64,000 bases of DNA, from positions 124,001-188,000 of the forward strand of contig NW_027590645.1 in the NCBI RefSeq assembly GCF_964213995.1. The letters run 5' to 3'. The DNA comes from Mustelus asterias. Taxonomy: Eukaryota. The translations under genes and the position numbers were made by a program. The notes beneath the pieces are model-generated. The model had not been told where the DNA came from. It ran no database searches and worked only from the letters and a program-made list of their open reading frames with translations. Of the stretch, positions 34,261 through 45,375 are shown one piece after another. How positions within the stretch are numbered: the stretch's first letter is position 1; every line of letters starts with the position of its first letter.

Positions 34261-35264
34261 GTTAGTTGAATGTACTGTGTTATATCAAGCAGATCAATCA
34301 CTTTAAGGAATTGATATGTATTTTAAGGTTATAAGGAAAGTAAAGTAACTCATTCCAAAGAACCAGAGAGGAGTAATTTCAAATAACTCATCCAAAACAA
34401 AGACAGCATGTTTCCCCATCCTGAGCAAATGGGCAGGGGAGATATCAAGGGGCTCTCTAAACTTAGCAAGAAGTAACAGAAAGAAACTTCAATGAGAGAG
34501 AGGGTCCCACAAGTAATTGACACCTCAGAAGGCCAGTCATTTAACTGGTGTTGCACAGAATCGGGGACGATGGGAGATGATGCCAGTGGTTGATTAGCAC
34601 CCTCGAGAAACAGATTAGAAATCGGTCATGCCCGTAGACCGGGCAATTGAACAAGAGGGGAGGCTAATGGTAAACTAATGGTGTTGGTTAATGGGACTAG
34701 GGCTAGTCCATTACTCAAAGGGGGGATTATTGAGGTGGGCAATACATATTAGATATATAGATATTCCATTTCATACCAGCAATATATCATACTAATCAAA
34801 ATGTAGTATAGTGGTTTGAGAAACATCATGGATTAGCGAGCTAGCTGACCTGACCACATTCCTATAGCTATTCAGTCATTAAAGACAGTTATGGAGCATT
34901 AAACTTGTCCAGCAGTGCCTTTCGTATCAGCACACAGGCAGCTGCTTTGTGAGACTGCCAGCAGTACGGACAAGTCAGAGAGAAGAACGTTCTGAGAAGA
35001 GATTCGTTGTGAAAGCTCAGGGACGGTTGATAAGGTACCACGTAAATGTCTTGGGATGGTCCAGAACTGTCCCCGAGTTGATCACGCAGCCTAGTTACTC
35101 ATTCCATTGGACCTATATGTAATGTGTGTAATCTATCACCATTCTGATTGGATTGTGTCCAGCTGGGATGGGCTGAGTAACTGTACAGGAATTGATGATA
35201 TTCTTTGTTTTGTGGAGTTGCTCATGATCAGCCCCTGTGGTTTCTTCCCGCTGGCGTAACTCAC

Positions 35265-35730
35265 AGGAACATTGAAATTAGGAGCAGAAGTAGGCAAGTT
35301 CAGCCCTTGGAGCCTGCTCCGCCATTCAATCAGATCATGGCTGATCTCTCCCTGGTCTCAAATCCACTTCCCCACCTGTTCCCCATATCCCTCTTTCCCT
35401 TTCTTTTTATCAGAAATATCTCTCCCTCCCTCTTGAAACAATTCAATGATTCAGACACCACCTCGCTATGTGGCAGCGAGTTCCACAAATTCACCACTCT
35501 CTGAGAATCTCCTCATCTCAGTTTTAAATCTACAGTCTCGCAACCTGTACCTGTGACCTCTTGTTCTAGATTGTCCCATAAGAGGAAACATTTGCTCTAC
35601 ATTTACTTTATCAATCGCTTTTAACATTTTATGTCCTTCGATTAGATCCCGCTCATCCTTCTAAACTCCAGTGAGTATAGCCCAAACTGCTTAATCTCTC
35701 CTCATATGTCATCCCCTTCATCCCCAGAAT
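35265..35730 (-). mobile_element. Decayed CR1 3' end
   Basis: Reverse complement has gtgaatttgtggaactcgctgccac and the gatcagccatgatc…aatggcggagcaggctc 3'-UTR stem. Confidence 0.65.
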
Positions 35731-35900
35731 AAATACTCAATTAACTGTTTGTCGATTCAATCAGGCTTAAGTGTTGAATGATTCTTCTGAGTTCATTCTC
35801 CCAAACAGTTCCTTTACCACAGCCATTACCTCTCCCTTTGCCTTTTGTTCCAGGACGTTTTTGTCATTTATTCTCATCCGACCTTATTCTCATTCTCATT

Positions 35901-36243
35901 TGGGCGGCACGGTAGCACAGTGGTTAGCACTGCTGCTTCACAGCTCCAGGGTCCCCGGTTCGATTCCCGGCTCGGGTCACTGTCTGTGTGGAGTTTGCAC
36001 ATTCTCCTCGTGTCTGCGTGGGTTTCCTCCGGGTGCTCCGGTTTCCTCCCACAGTCCAAAGATGTGCGGGTTAGGTTGATTGGCCAGGTTAAAAAATTGC
36101 CCCTTAGAGTCCTGGGATGTGTAGGTTAGAGGGATTAGCGGGTAAAATATGTGGGGGTAGGACCTGGGTGGGATTGTGGTCGGTGCAGACTCGATGGGCC
36201 GAATGGCCTCCTTCTGCACTGTAGGGTTTCTATGATTCTATGA
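35901..36243 (+). mobile_element. Young HE1-like SINE, tail type A
   Basis: gggcggcacggtagcacagtggttagcactgctgcttcacagctccaggg…ggttcgattccc…ctgcactgtagggtttctatgattctatga; CpGs retained. Confidence 0.9.
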
Positions 36244-36695
36244 CCTCTAACCAATCCCTAACTTTCCCTTTTGTTCCACCTGACCCTCCTCCATTTCTCA
36301 CCAGAATCAAACCCATCACATTTCTCCCTCTCTTTAGTTCTGAGGTAGAGTTACATTGGGCGTGAAACATTAACTCTGTTTCTCTCTCCACGGATGCTGC
36401 CAGACCTGCTGTGTTTTTCCAGTTCTTTCTGTATTTACTTTTGATCTACCTGTAGTGAAGGGAAAAACATTATTTACCACCGAGGATAAAATAAATGTTT
36501 TTCAACAGCATTTGTGAATCCTTTCGGTGGAAATGTACTCTCTCAGGCTCAAAGAAATTTAGCCCACTGGAAGCAAAGTTGTGAGACCAGCCAGTCCAGC
36601 AGAAAGAAACCCTCCGACCCTCCCACTTCCCAAACTGTCAGAATGAACATGGTTCTGTCCTGAGTGTGATTAACAGCAGAATCCAACACCTGTAA

Positions 36696-37280
36696 TCACT
36701 TGTGAACTCGCTGGTGTGTCCGCATGTTCGATAACTGAGTGAATCCCTTCCCACAATCAGAGCAGGTGAACGGCCTCTCCCCAGTGTGAACTCGCTGGTG
36801 TCTCCTCAGGTCAGATGAATCACTGAATCGCTTCCTGCATTGGGAGCAGATGAACGGCCTCAGCCCAGCATGAACTCGCTCATGTTTCCTGAGGTCAGAT
36901 GAATGACTGAATTGCTTCTCACATTCAGAACAGGAGAATGGCTTCTCCCCAGTGTGAACTCGTTTGTGCGTCCGCAGGATGGATGAATTACTGAATTCCT
37001 TCCCACACACACAGCAAGTGAATGGTCGCTCCCCAGTGTGAATTCGCTGGTGTGACTGCAGGTGGGATAACTGGGTGAATCCCTTCCCACAATTAGGACA
37101 GACAAATGGTCTCTCTCCAGTGTGAATTCGCTGGTGTGTCTGTAAAATGGATGAATTACTGAATCCCTTCCCACAAACAGGGCAGATGAATGGCCTTTCA
37201 CCTGTGTGACAACGTCGATGAATTTCCAGGTGACTCGGGCAACGAAAACGTTTCCCACAATCCCCACAACACATTTCCAT
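36696..37280 (-). CDS. C2H2 zinc-finger ORF, 7 fingers; canonical ATG (37291) out of frame, second ATG in frame; may be a pseudogene
   Basis: 7 intact fingers; 5-bp insertion after KPWKC; last-exon acceptor changed to ttttacaa at ~37651. Confidence 0.6.
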   Translation of the reverse strand: MEMCCGDCGKRFRCPSHLEIHRRCHTGERPFICPVCGKGFSNSSILQTHQRIHTGERPFVCPNCGKGFTQLSHLQSHQRIHTGERPFTCCVCGKEFSNSSILRTHKRVHTGEKPFSCSECEKQFSHSSDLRKHERVHAGLRPFICSQCRKRFSDSSDLRRHQRVHTGERPFTCSDCGKGFTQLSNMRTHQRVHK

Positions 37281-38339
37281 GGTTTCTCCATGGTGTCAAT
37301 GTCCTTGTGTCTCTCCAGGTTTGACAATCAGTTGACGCCTCGTTCACACATACAACCAGTGTGCAGTCTCTCCCTGCTGTGAATGGTGTGATGTTGCTTC
37401 AGCCAATGTAACTGATTAACGATCCTTTCACAGTCACTGCATTGTACACTCTCACTCAGGTATCATTCTCTGTACTGTTCCAGTCACACTGATATTAAAA
37501 TCTCTCACAGCAGACAAAAAGGACAAACATTTCTCCTTTTAGATTCAAGATTGATGATATTCAGCTCCTGATGAATGGAGTGACTCTGTCAGATCCTGAT
37601 GTGCTATCTGCTTTGAGAGTTCTGTCTGCGATATCTCCTCCCCTAATATATTGTAAAAGAGTTTACAAACGTAATCAGTGACAGTACAGGATAGAAATTC
37701 AGAACAGAATTTTAATTGCTAAGGAACATTCATTCCTCTCTCATTTATCGAAGGCTGTAAATATCTGGACCACACACTCTCTATTCACATTCTGCTGTAT
37801 TTAATACATACCCAATAACACTATGATGTATAATTATACAGTACTCTATTACATGATTAGAGATACATAGGGCTGTGAGGGAGTATTTTATTTCGACAGC
37901 TAGTGTTGCTGACCTGAAACTCTCTGCCTACCAGCTTGATGGAAGCAGAGAAGGTGAATAATTTCAGAATGAAATTGGAGGGGCACTTGAAGGAAATAAC
38001 CTGTAGGGGGAATGGGGATGTCGAGAAGGAATGGGAGTGGCTGGATTGTCCTACAGAGTGTTAGCATAGGCTCAAGTTACTGAATGGACACCTTGTGTCG
38101 TAATGACGCTGACTGGAAATGCATATTGTAGCTACAGTAGGATAATACAAGATTAGAAATAATTAATGTATTTTATTACAAATAAGATATCTAATCTGTA
38201 CCATATTACAAGACTAGACATATCTCTGTCCTATCTTAATTTACCGTCCCCTTAAATGTCAGCCATATCTGGGGAAACCATCTCTTGAATTGTGACCATT
38301 AGGAAAGAGACCATCCTTTTACCCAGATAAATAAATGTG

Positions 38340-39160
38340 TCAGACTGAGGGAGCGAAAGAATGTCAATGTCATGAAGAGAGAGAGAGCTGGGCCAACCTT
38401 GCCAGAATCTGCACCCTCCCTGGATTCACTTCGTTTCCCTTCAGTTGCTGCAAATCCCCAATTTCCCCCAGAATGAGAAAAGAAATGGAAAGGGGGAGAA
38501 AAGAAAGTGTTTTACTCACAGATGGTGGAGACAGGAAGAAGTTTCAGTCTGTGTGCACCTCAATCTGAGTATCACAAAGCCCGATTGGCTGAAGGACCAG
38601 AGTCCTTCCGGTCCTCCAACTCTTCCCATTGGTCAACACCTCAGCACGAAGGTCAGAAGGCGGGCTGCCCCGCTCATGCGCAGTGTCCCCTCTCCACTGG
38701 ACATGCGCAGTCCCGGGCCAGGGGGAGGGGGCGATCACCGAGAGGCTTCTCGCTGTGGCCGGGGCCGCCAGCCGGTTGCCTAGAAACCTTGGCTGGAGGA
38801 GGTGCAGGGGGAGGGGAACAATGGGTGGGGGCGGGGCTTCCATGTCTGTGCGCCCGGGCCTGCGCACTGGAACTCCAGGACGTCATTGTGGAAGAGACTG
38901 ATTCCTATTGGCTGATTCGCGGCAGGGCTCCATTGTGACGTCACAATGCGGAAGTTGGCCAATAAGCTTCAGAGTGAAACTTCCGCCTCTGGGCCACATC
39001 TGGGAGGAAATCAATGTTTCCCCTTTCCATTTCTTTTCTCATTCTGGGGGAAATTAGGGACTTGCAGCAACTGAAGGGAAAGGAAGTGAATCCAGGGAGG
39101 CTGCAGACTCTGAAAAGGTTGGCCCGGGTTTCTCTCTCTCTTAAAGACATTGACATCCTT
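38340..39160. promoter_or_regulatory. Type-B bidirectional CpG promoter flanked by inverted homologous first exons
   Basis: CCAAT boxes, catgcgca x2, GC box, palindrome CATTGTGACGTCACAATG + CGGAAGT; 38355-38500 is the reverse complement of 39015-39160; donors aag|gttggc at 38398 (-) and 39117 (+). Confidence 0.75.
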
Positions 39161-39476
39161 TGCAATGTTCCACAGGAACTAGAATTGGCTGATTTGAATT
39201 TCTATCTTGTTCTGACAGCGATGACTTTTGTAAATTCTTTTTACAGGATATTAGAAGGAGTTGATTTGCTGATAGAAATTTCAAGATCTAACACTCACTC
39301 AATTCATGGGAGCTGAATGTCATCGGTTTGAATCTGGAAGAAGAAACGTTTCTCTGCTTGAGTTGGGTGAACCATTGGTGTGAACAGAAAAGCATCGAGG
39401 CCCGTGCAACCCGAGTGACGGTGTTCCAGTGCACGTATTGTGAAAACTGCAGGAGAGACAGAAAGACACTCAGATC

Positions 39477-40427
39477 ATGGAAAAACCATGGAAATGTGGG
39501 GACTGTGAAAAGTCATTCCGTTCCCCATCGGTGTTGGAAATTCATCGACGCAGTCACACCGGGGAGAGGCCATTCACCTGCTCCAATTGTGGGAAAGGAT
39601 TCACTCGGTTATCGATCTTGCTGACACACCAGCGAGTTCACACCGGGGAGAAGCCATTCAGCTGCTCTGATTGTGGGAAGGGATTCACTCAATCATCGCA
39701 CTTGCTGATACACCAGCGAGTTCACAATGGAGAGAGGCCATTCACTTGCCCCGTGTGTGAGAAGGGATTCAGCGATTCATCCACACTGCAGACACACCAG
39801 AGAGTTCATACTGGGGAGAGGCCATTTATCTGCTCCATGTGTGGTAAAGGATTTGCTCAGTCATCCAACCTGTATTCACACCAGCGAGTTCACACCGGAG
39901 AGAGGCTGTTTCCCTGCTCTGTGTGCGGGAAGGGATTCAGTAACTCCGCCAACCTGCTGAGACACCAGCAACTTCATACTGGGGAGGCTTCCTTCACCTG
40001 CTTTGAGTGTGGTAAAGGATTCAGTGATTCATCCAACCTGTTTTCGCACCAGCGAACTCACACTGGGGAGAGGCCATTCACCTGCTTTCTGTGTGGAAAG
40101 GGATTTAGCCAGGCATCCAGCCTGCAGACACACCAGCGCGTCCACACCGGGGAGAGGCCGTTCACCTGCTCAGTGTGCGGCAAGGGATTCAGTGATTCAT
40201 CCAACCTGATTTCACACCAGCGAGTTCACACTGGAGTGAGGCCATTTAACTGCTTTGTGTGTCAGAAGGGATTCAGTCGATTATCTAACCTGCTGACGCA
40301 CCAGCGACTTCACACTGGGGAGAGACCGTTTGCCTGCAATGAATGTGGAAAGGGATTCACACGATCATCCCACCTGCTGAGACACCAGCAAGTTCATAAG
40401 CGATTACAAACATTGGATTCTGCTTAA
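39477..40427 (+). CDS. C2H2 zinc-finger protein, 11 fingers
   Basis: 11 intact fingers; acceptor ttttacag| at 39246; ends [10 protein letters not shown]. Confidence 0.9.
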   Translation: MEKPWKCGDCEKSFRSPSVLEIHRRSHTGERPFTCSNCGKGFTRLSILLTHQRVHTGEKPFSCSDCGKGFTQSSHLLIHQRVHNGERPFTCPVCEKGFSDSSTLQTHQRVHTGERPFICSMCGKGFAQSSNLYSHQRVHTGERLFPCSVCGKGFSNSANLLRHQQLHTGEASFTCFECGKGFSDSSNLFSHQRTHTGERPFTCFLCGKGFSQASSLQTHQRVHTGERPFTCSVCGKGFSDSSNLISHQRVHTGVRPFNCFVCQKGFSRLSNLLTHQRLHTGERPFACNECGKGFTRSSHLLRHQQVHKRLQTLDSA

Positions 40428-41324
40428 TCACACCCAGGACTGAACCACGTTCATTCTGACAGTTTGGGAAGTGGGAGGGTTGGAGGGTTTCTTTCTGCTG
40501 GACTGGCCGATCTCACAGCTTTGTTTCCAGTGGGCTGATGCTCTTTGAACCTGGGAGAGCACATTTCCACTGAAATGATCCACAAAAGCTGATGAAGGTT
40601 ATTTATTTTATTCTGGATAGTAAATAGTGTTTTTCCTACCACTACAGGTAGATCTAAAATAAATACATTTGTCTCTGTACCAGTGAGTCTACAGCACAGG
40701 GCCAGGCCAGTCGGCTCACATGGTCTATGTCAGTATTTATGCTCCACATGAGCCTCCACCCACCCCTCTTCATCTCCCCCCATCAGCATATCCTTCTATT
40801 CCTTTCTCCCTCATGTATGTATCTAGCTTCCCCTTCAATGTATTCATGCTGTTCACCTCAACCACTCGCTGTGGTAGTGAGTTCTACAGTCTCACCACTC
40901 GCTGGTAAAGAGGTTTCACATTAAATCCCTATTAGATTATTGAATCTCTGAAAATGCACACAGCATTTGTAACAAAAAGGATGAATTGTCAGCGCGGATA
41001 GAGATAAATGTGTGTGTCCTGATAGACATTACAGAGACTTAGCTGAAAGGTCACGGAGGCTGGGATCTAAATATTGAAGGGTATTTGACATAATGAAATG
41101 GCAGGAAGCTAGGAAAAGGTGACAGGATCTCTCCCATTAACTAACGATGACATTAGTTCAGTACAGAGCTACCACCTTAGCCTGAAAGATCAGGATGAAG
41201 GATCGGTTTGGGTCGAGATAAGAAATGGTAAAGGTACGAGGTCTCTTGTGGGAGTATTTAATGGGCCCCTTACCTAAGTTACACTGAACTGATTTCTTTA
41301 TTTTGAACATGACACTATAATAGT

Positions 41325-41628
41325 ATGTTTATTTATTAGTGTCACAAACCGGCTTACATTAACATTGCAATGAAGTTACTGTGAAAATCCCTGAGTTGCC
41401 ACAACTCAGCGCCTATTTGGGGAGACTGAAGGAGAATTTAGCATGGCCAACGCACCTGACCAGCATGTCTTTCCGACTATGGGAGGAAACCGGAGCACCC
41501 GGAGGAAACCCACACAGACACGGGGAGAACGTGCAGGCTCCGCACAGACAGTGACCCAAGCCGGGAATTCACCATGGGTCCCTGGTGCCGTGAGGCAGCA
41601 GTGCTAACCACTGTGCCACCGTGCCGCA
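41325..41628 (-). mobile_element. HE1-like SINE, tail type B
   Basis: Reverse complement of the 16669-16973 type. Confidence 0.85.
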
Positions 41629-42239
41629 CTCAGATACTATATTGCACTGCCCAGAAATAAAATAAACACCTGATCAAAAAGGACTAGGAAAAAGTACAAA
41701 CTTATAAATCTCAACTCCTTTTCACAAATACAGATCAAATACTTCATCATTCCCAGTTCCCAGTCACATCATTTTCTCATTATTGTGTTCTGATTATTCA
41801 AATAGTATCTCTATTAAACTCATAGATAATACCATTATTTTATTCCGTGACGTCATATAAACTAACATTTGAAGCTAAGACATTGTTTTAAAGCTGTATT
41901 TACACATATTTTCAAATCTTCACCCAAAGCATTCCAAAGATTCATCCACAAACTGAAATATACACAGACTTCAAAGTTGTACAAACATAACATTTTTTAA
42001 ACTTGGTTTTTTCTACTTAATTCATGATCTTCATCCCTTAAAGTCAACAGGTTCTTTGCAAATTTTCAGGCAATGATTCCTTTTTTGCTTCATCCAAAAT
42101 CATTGCAGTTTTCAGTTCAACTGACTTCCTAAACTTTAAAAACTGGACATTTTATAAGTAATTTGTTGCTAAGTTCTTGAAAATTCACTTTATTACTATT
42201 CATTTGGCTTTTTTCTGTAACATATCGATCGGATTAATA

Positions 42240-42548
42240 AAGTTAAAGTTTGATGTTTATTTATTCGTGTCACAAGTAGACTTACATTAACACTGAAATG
42301 AAGTTAATGGAAATCCCCCAGTCACCACACTCCGGCACCTCTTTGGCTACACTGAGGGAGAATTTAGCATGGCCAATGCACCTAACCAGCACGTCTTTCG
42401 GACAGTGGGAGGAAACCGGAGCACCCGGAGGAAATCCACGCAGACGCAGGGAGAATGTGCAGACTCCACACAGTGACCCAAGCCAGGAATCAAACCTGGG
42501 TTCCTGGCACTGAGAGGCAGCACTGCTCACCACAGTGCCGCCATGTTG
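42240..42548 (-). mobile_element. HE1-like SINE, tail type B
   Basis: Reverse complement of the 16669-16973 type. Confidence 0.85.
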
Positions 42549-43150
42549 CCCAAATATTCATGCTATTTTATAATGTTTCCCCAAACCTCTGAAGAATCAT
42601 CTCAAGTGAACAATACAAAATATGCAATGACTGCGGATCCAATATAAATTTAGTCTTACTCAGAATTTCAATACTCTTTGATTATTTTATTTTAATATAT
42701 TGTATGTGTGGTTTCCAACAAAAGGTATGGTCTCGGAGAACACCCAGAACTATATTTCCATATTGGGGAGGCGATGGTGTAGTGGCAGTGTCACAGGACG
42801 AGTGACCCAGAGACTCAGGGTAATGCTCTCGGGACCCAGGTTCGAATCCTATTGTGGCAACTGGTGAAATATAAATTAGATGAAAATCTGGGATTAAATG
42901 TCTAATGATGATTAGAAACTATTGTCGATTGTCATAAAAGCCCATCTGGTTTACTGATGTCCTTTAGGGAAGCAAATCTGCCAACCTTATCTGGTCTGAC
43001 CAACATGTAACTCCAGATCCACAGCAACATGGTTACCTTTAATTGCTCTCTCAGATCAAGGACAATTAGGAATGGGCAATAAATGCTGTCCCAGCAACAC
43101 CCACATCCCATGAATAAATAAATGTTGACATTGTCTGTGGGGAGAGAATA

Positions 43151-43190
43151 GAGCCAACGTTTCGAGTCTAGATGACCCTTCATCAGAGGG
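43151..43190 (-). ncRNA. Minimal hammerhead-ribozyme motif in a short Penelope-type repeat
   Basis: CTGATGA-a-GGGTC(atcta)GACTC-GAAA-CG-TT; palindromic AACGTT stem III; stem I only partly paired. Confidence 0.55.
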
Positions 43191-43887
43191 GTCTGACCCC
43201 TCTTCTGTTTTTGTGAATGTTGCCATTGTTTATTATATTAACCAAGGGATTTACTTCACCAAATAACATAAACTTCGTTCCACTCAGAGTCGGTCACAAT
43301 TCATTTTTGACAAACAATATTTTTATTTTCTCCAATTCAGCACTAACAATTTCAATAAGCTCTTGAAGATCCCACCCAGAATAAAAAATATTGGCATCAT
43401 CTGCAAACAAAACTAATTGTAATAACTGATGCATTCCAAATGTCATTAATATATAAAATAAACAATTGAAGGCCCAAAACAGATCCCTGTGAAACTCCAC
43501 ACAGAATATTCACAAAATCTGATTCACATCACCTACTGTTACAAATTGTTGAGATTTCCAAATAACTTCTGAGCCACTTATTCACTACTCCCCTAATCCC
43601 TTGTTTCCAGTGTTTTAAGTAATATTCCATGGTCAATTGTATCAAATCTGTGTAAGATCAGTAAAAACCTCGATTGTAAATTGTCTTCTTGTCCACAGCA
43701 TTCGTCATTTTCTCCACAAATTCCATCAGTGATAATGAGATAGACTGACTTGGTCTGACTATTACACAGTGAGTTACATTGAGGAATGGAATTATCAGAC
43801 CATTTAGCAAATGACTTCTCTTTTCTCTGAAAAATTAGAAAAGTGAAGACACTCTCCTGTAATTAGTATAGTCATGCAGTATAATAT

Positions 43888-43960
43888 GCCCGGCTAGCTC
43901 AGTCGGTAGAGCATGAGACTTTTAATCTCAGGGTTGTGGGTTCGAGCCCCACGTTGGGCG
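43888..43960 (+). tRNA. tRNA-Lys with a TTT anticodon in a Lys(CTT)-type body; possibly a retroposed pseudogene
   Basis: 73-nt cloverleaf GCCCGGCTAGCTCAGTCGGTAGAGCATGAGACT-TTT-AATCTCAGGGTTGTGGGTTCGAGCCCCACGTTGGGCG; differs from the vertebrate Lys-CTT sequence as recalled only at C34>T and C48>T; no T4 terminator directly after. Confidence 0.85.
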
Positions 43961-43970
43961 TTGTTGTTTG

Positions 43971-44304
43971 GGGTGGCACGGTAGCACAGTGGTTAGCACT
44001 GCTGCTTCACAGCTCCAGGGATCTGGTTTCGATTCCCGGCTTGGGTCACTGTCTGTGTACACATTCTCCTCGTGTCTGCGTGGGTTTCCTCCGGGTGCTC
44101 CGGTTTCCTCCCACAGTCCAAAGATGTGCGGGTTAGGTTGTTTGGCCACACTAAAATTGCCCCTTAGTGTCCTGAGATGCATAGGTGAGAGGGATTAGCG
44201 GGTAAACGTGTAGGGATATGGGAGTAGGGCCTGGGTGGGATTGTGGTCAGAGCAGACTCGATGGGCCAGATGGCCTCTTTCTGCACTGTAGGGTTTCTTC
44301 TATG
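43971..44304 (+). mobile_element. HE1-like SINE, tail type A, 10 bp downstream of the tRNA
   Basis: Head, V-domain and ctgcactgtagggtttcttctatg tail. Confidence 0.9.
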
Positions 44305-44575
44305 TTTACCACCAGCTTTAAACCATGGAGTAACTTAGTCTATTTTCATTTTACAGGGAAATAGCCCAGTTTGAAAAGACCGGATGCAAATGTGTCAATG
44401 GTTTTACTCCACAATCAATAACCTGCTTAATGATTGACATCTCAGTATTGTCTGAATTGGTAGATTTTTTATTCTTATGATATTTCACAATATCAATGAC
44501 CTCCTTTCCATCAACACCTCTAAAACGTGGGATGGGATGAAGAGGTGGATCACTTTCTCTTGGAACTTTTATCAT

Positions 44576-45375
44576 TGTCCATGAACTCTGTTAAAAAGAA
44601 ATCCACATTTGGAAGCCCAGCCATTATATGAAATATCAGCACTATAACAGGAGAAGATAAGAAAGACAGACATATTGATCTTTTCATCAACACATCTGAG
44701 AGTTAAGAATGTGTGACATGATTTTGGGACACCGGAGTGAGTGTACAGATGTGATTTGTTACATGTGAAAAAGAACAAGCCTAAATTCATGATGAGATGG
44801 AGTGAAGAGCGGGTCCCAAACACACACAGCTACTTGAGACACAGCAGGACATGAAATGGTTCATGTGGCCAGGGCATTGAGACAACATTGTGACATCATC
44901 AAGGCACTGACACACACTCCAGAGAGAAACTGAGTTCAAAACAATCAGGATCCAATTAAACACATTGAACATGCTCACAAAAATAATATAGATTGGGACA
45001 ATTCAGGTCTTGGGAGAAATAATACTGATTACAAAGTGTCAACAAGTTGGATAGGGGTAAAGAGAGAGCTGGGGAAACTTTTACATCCATGCTTGATCTG
45101 TTGCTTGAAGCATCTGTCCTTATGTACTAGTAACCGAGAACTCTCAGCGCTCCTTCAGGAGTAGAAAAGATTGAGTAGATGTTTCCCCAGGCGGGACCAG
45201 AACAGAACTGGAAAATAACAGTGAAATTGAGTGAGGGTCAGAGAGAGAGTTCTCCCCCCTCAAGGTGTGGTCTGTAAGAATCCTGGGGAACCCCCTACTT
45301 CGGGTTTTTTGACTAGTGAACATTAAATTAAATTCTATAACTGGCTGTGCCTTGATTTTGAATTTGATTGTTACA
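44576..45375. mobile_element. Possible LTR (TG…CA) next to a decayed internal region
   Basis: tgtcc…gttaca termini; purine tract aaaaacaggagaaa abuts tgtaac on the minus strand; orientation ambiguous. Confidence 0.3.

Larger units (their letters stand above)
43200..44570 (-). mobile_element. Old, AT-rich L2-group (Crack/Daphne-like) LINE RT remnant, interrupted at 43877-44301
   Basis: VKPLTH…FKAGGK | HDYTNYR…; FDTIDHGIL; VLFADDANIFYSG. Confidence 0.65.

Noticed and set aside
35901-35975. SINE heads as tRNA genes
   Set aside because: They have A/B boxes but no complete cloverleaf and continue into the SINE body
39014-39316. 100-aa ORF as a KRAB-like N-terminal effector
   Set aside because: No KRAB motif; it stops before the finger ORF whether spliced or not; the homologous arm at 55286 is in a different frame. 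At most a uORF
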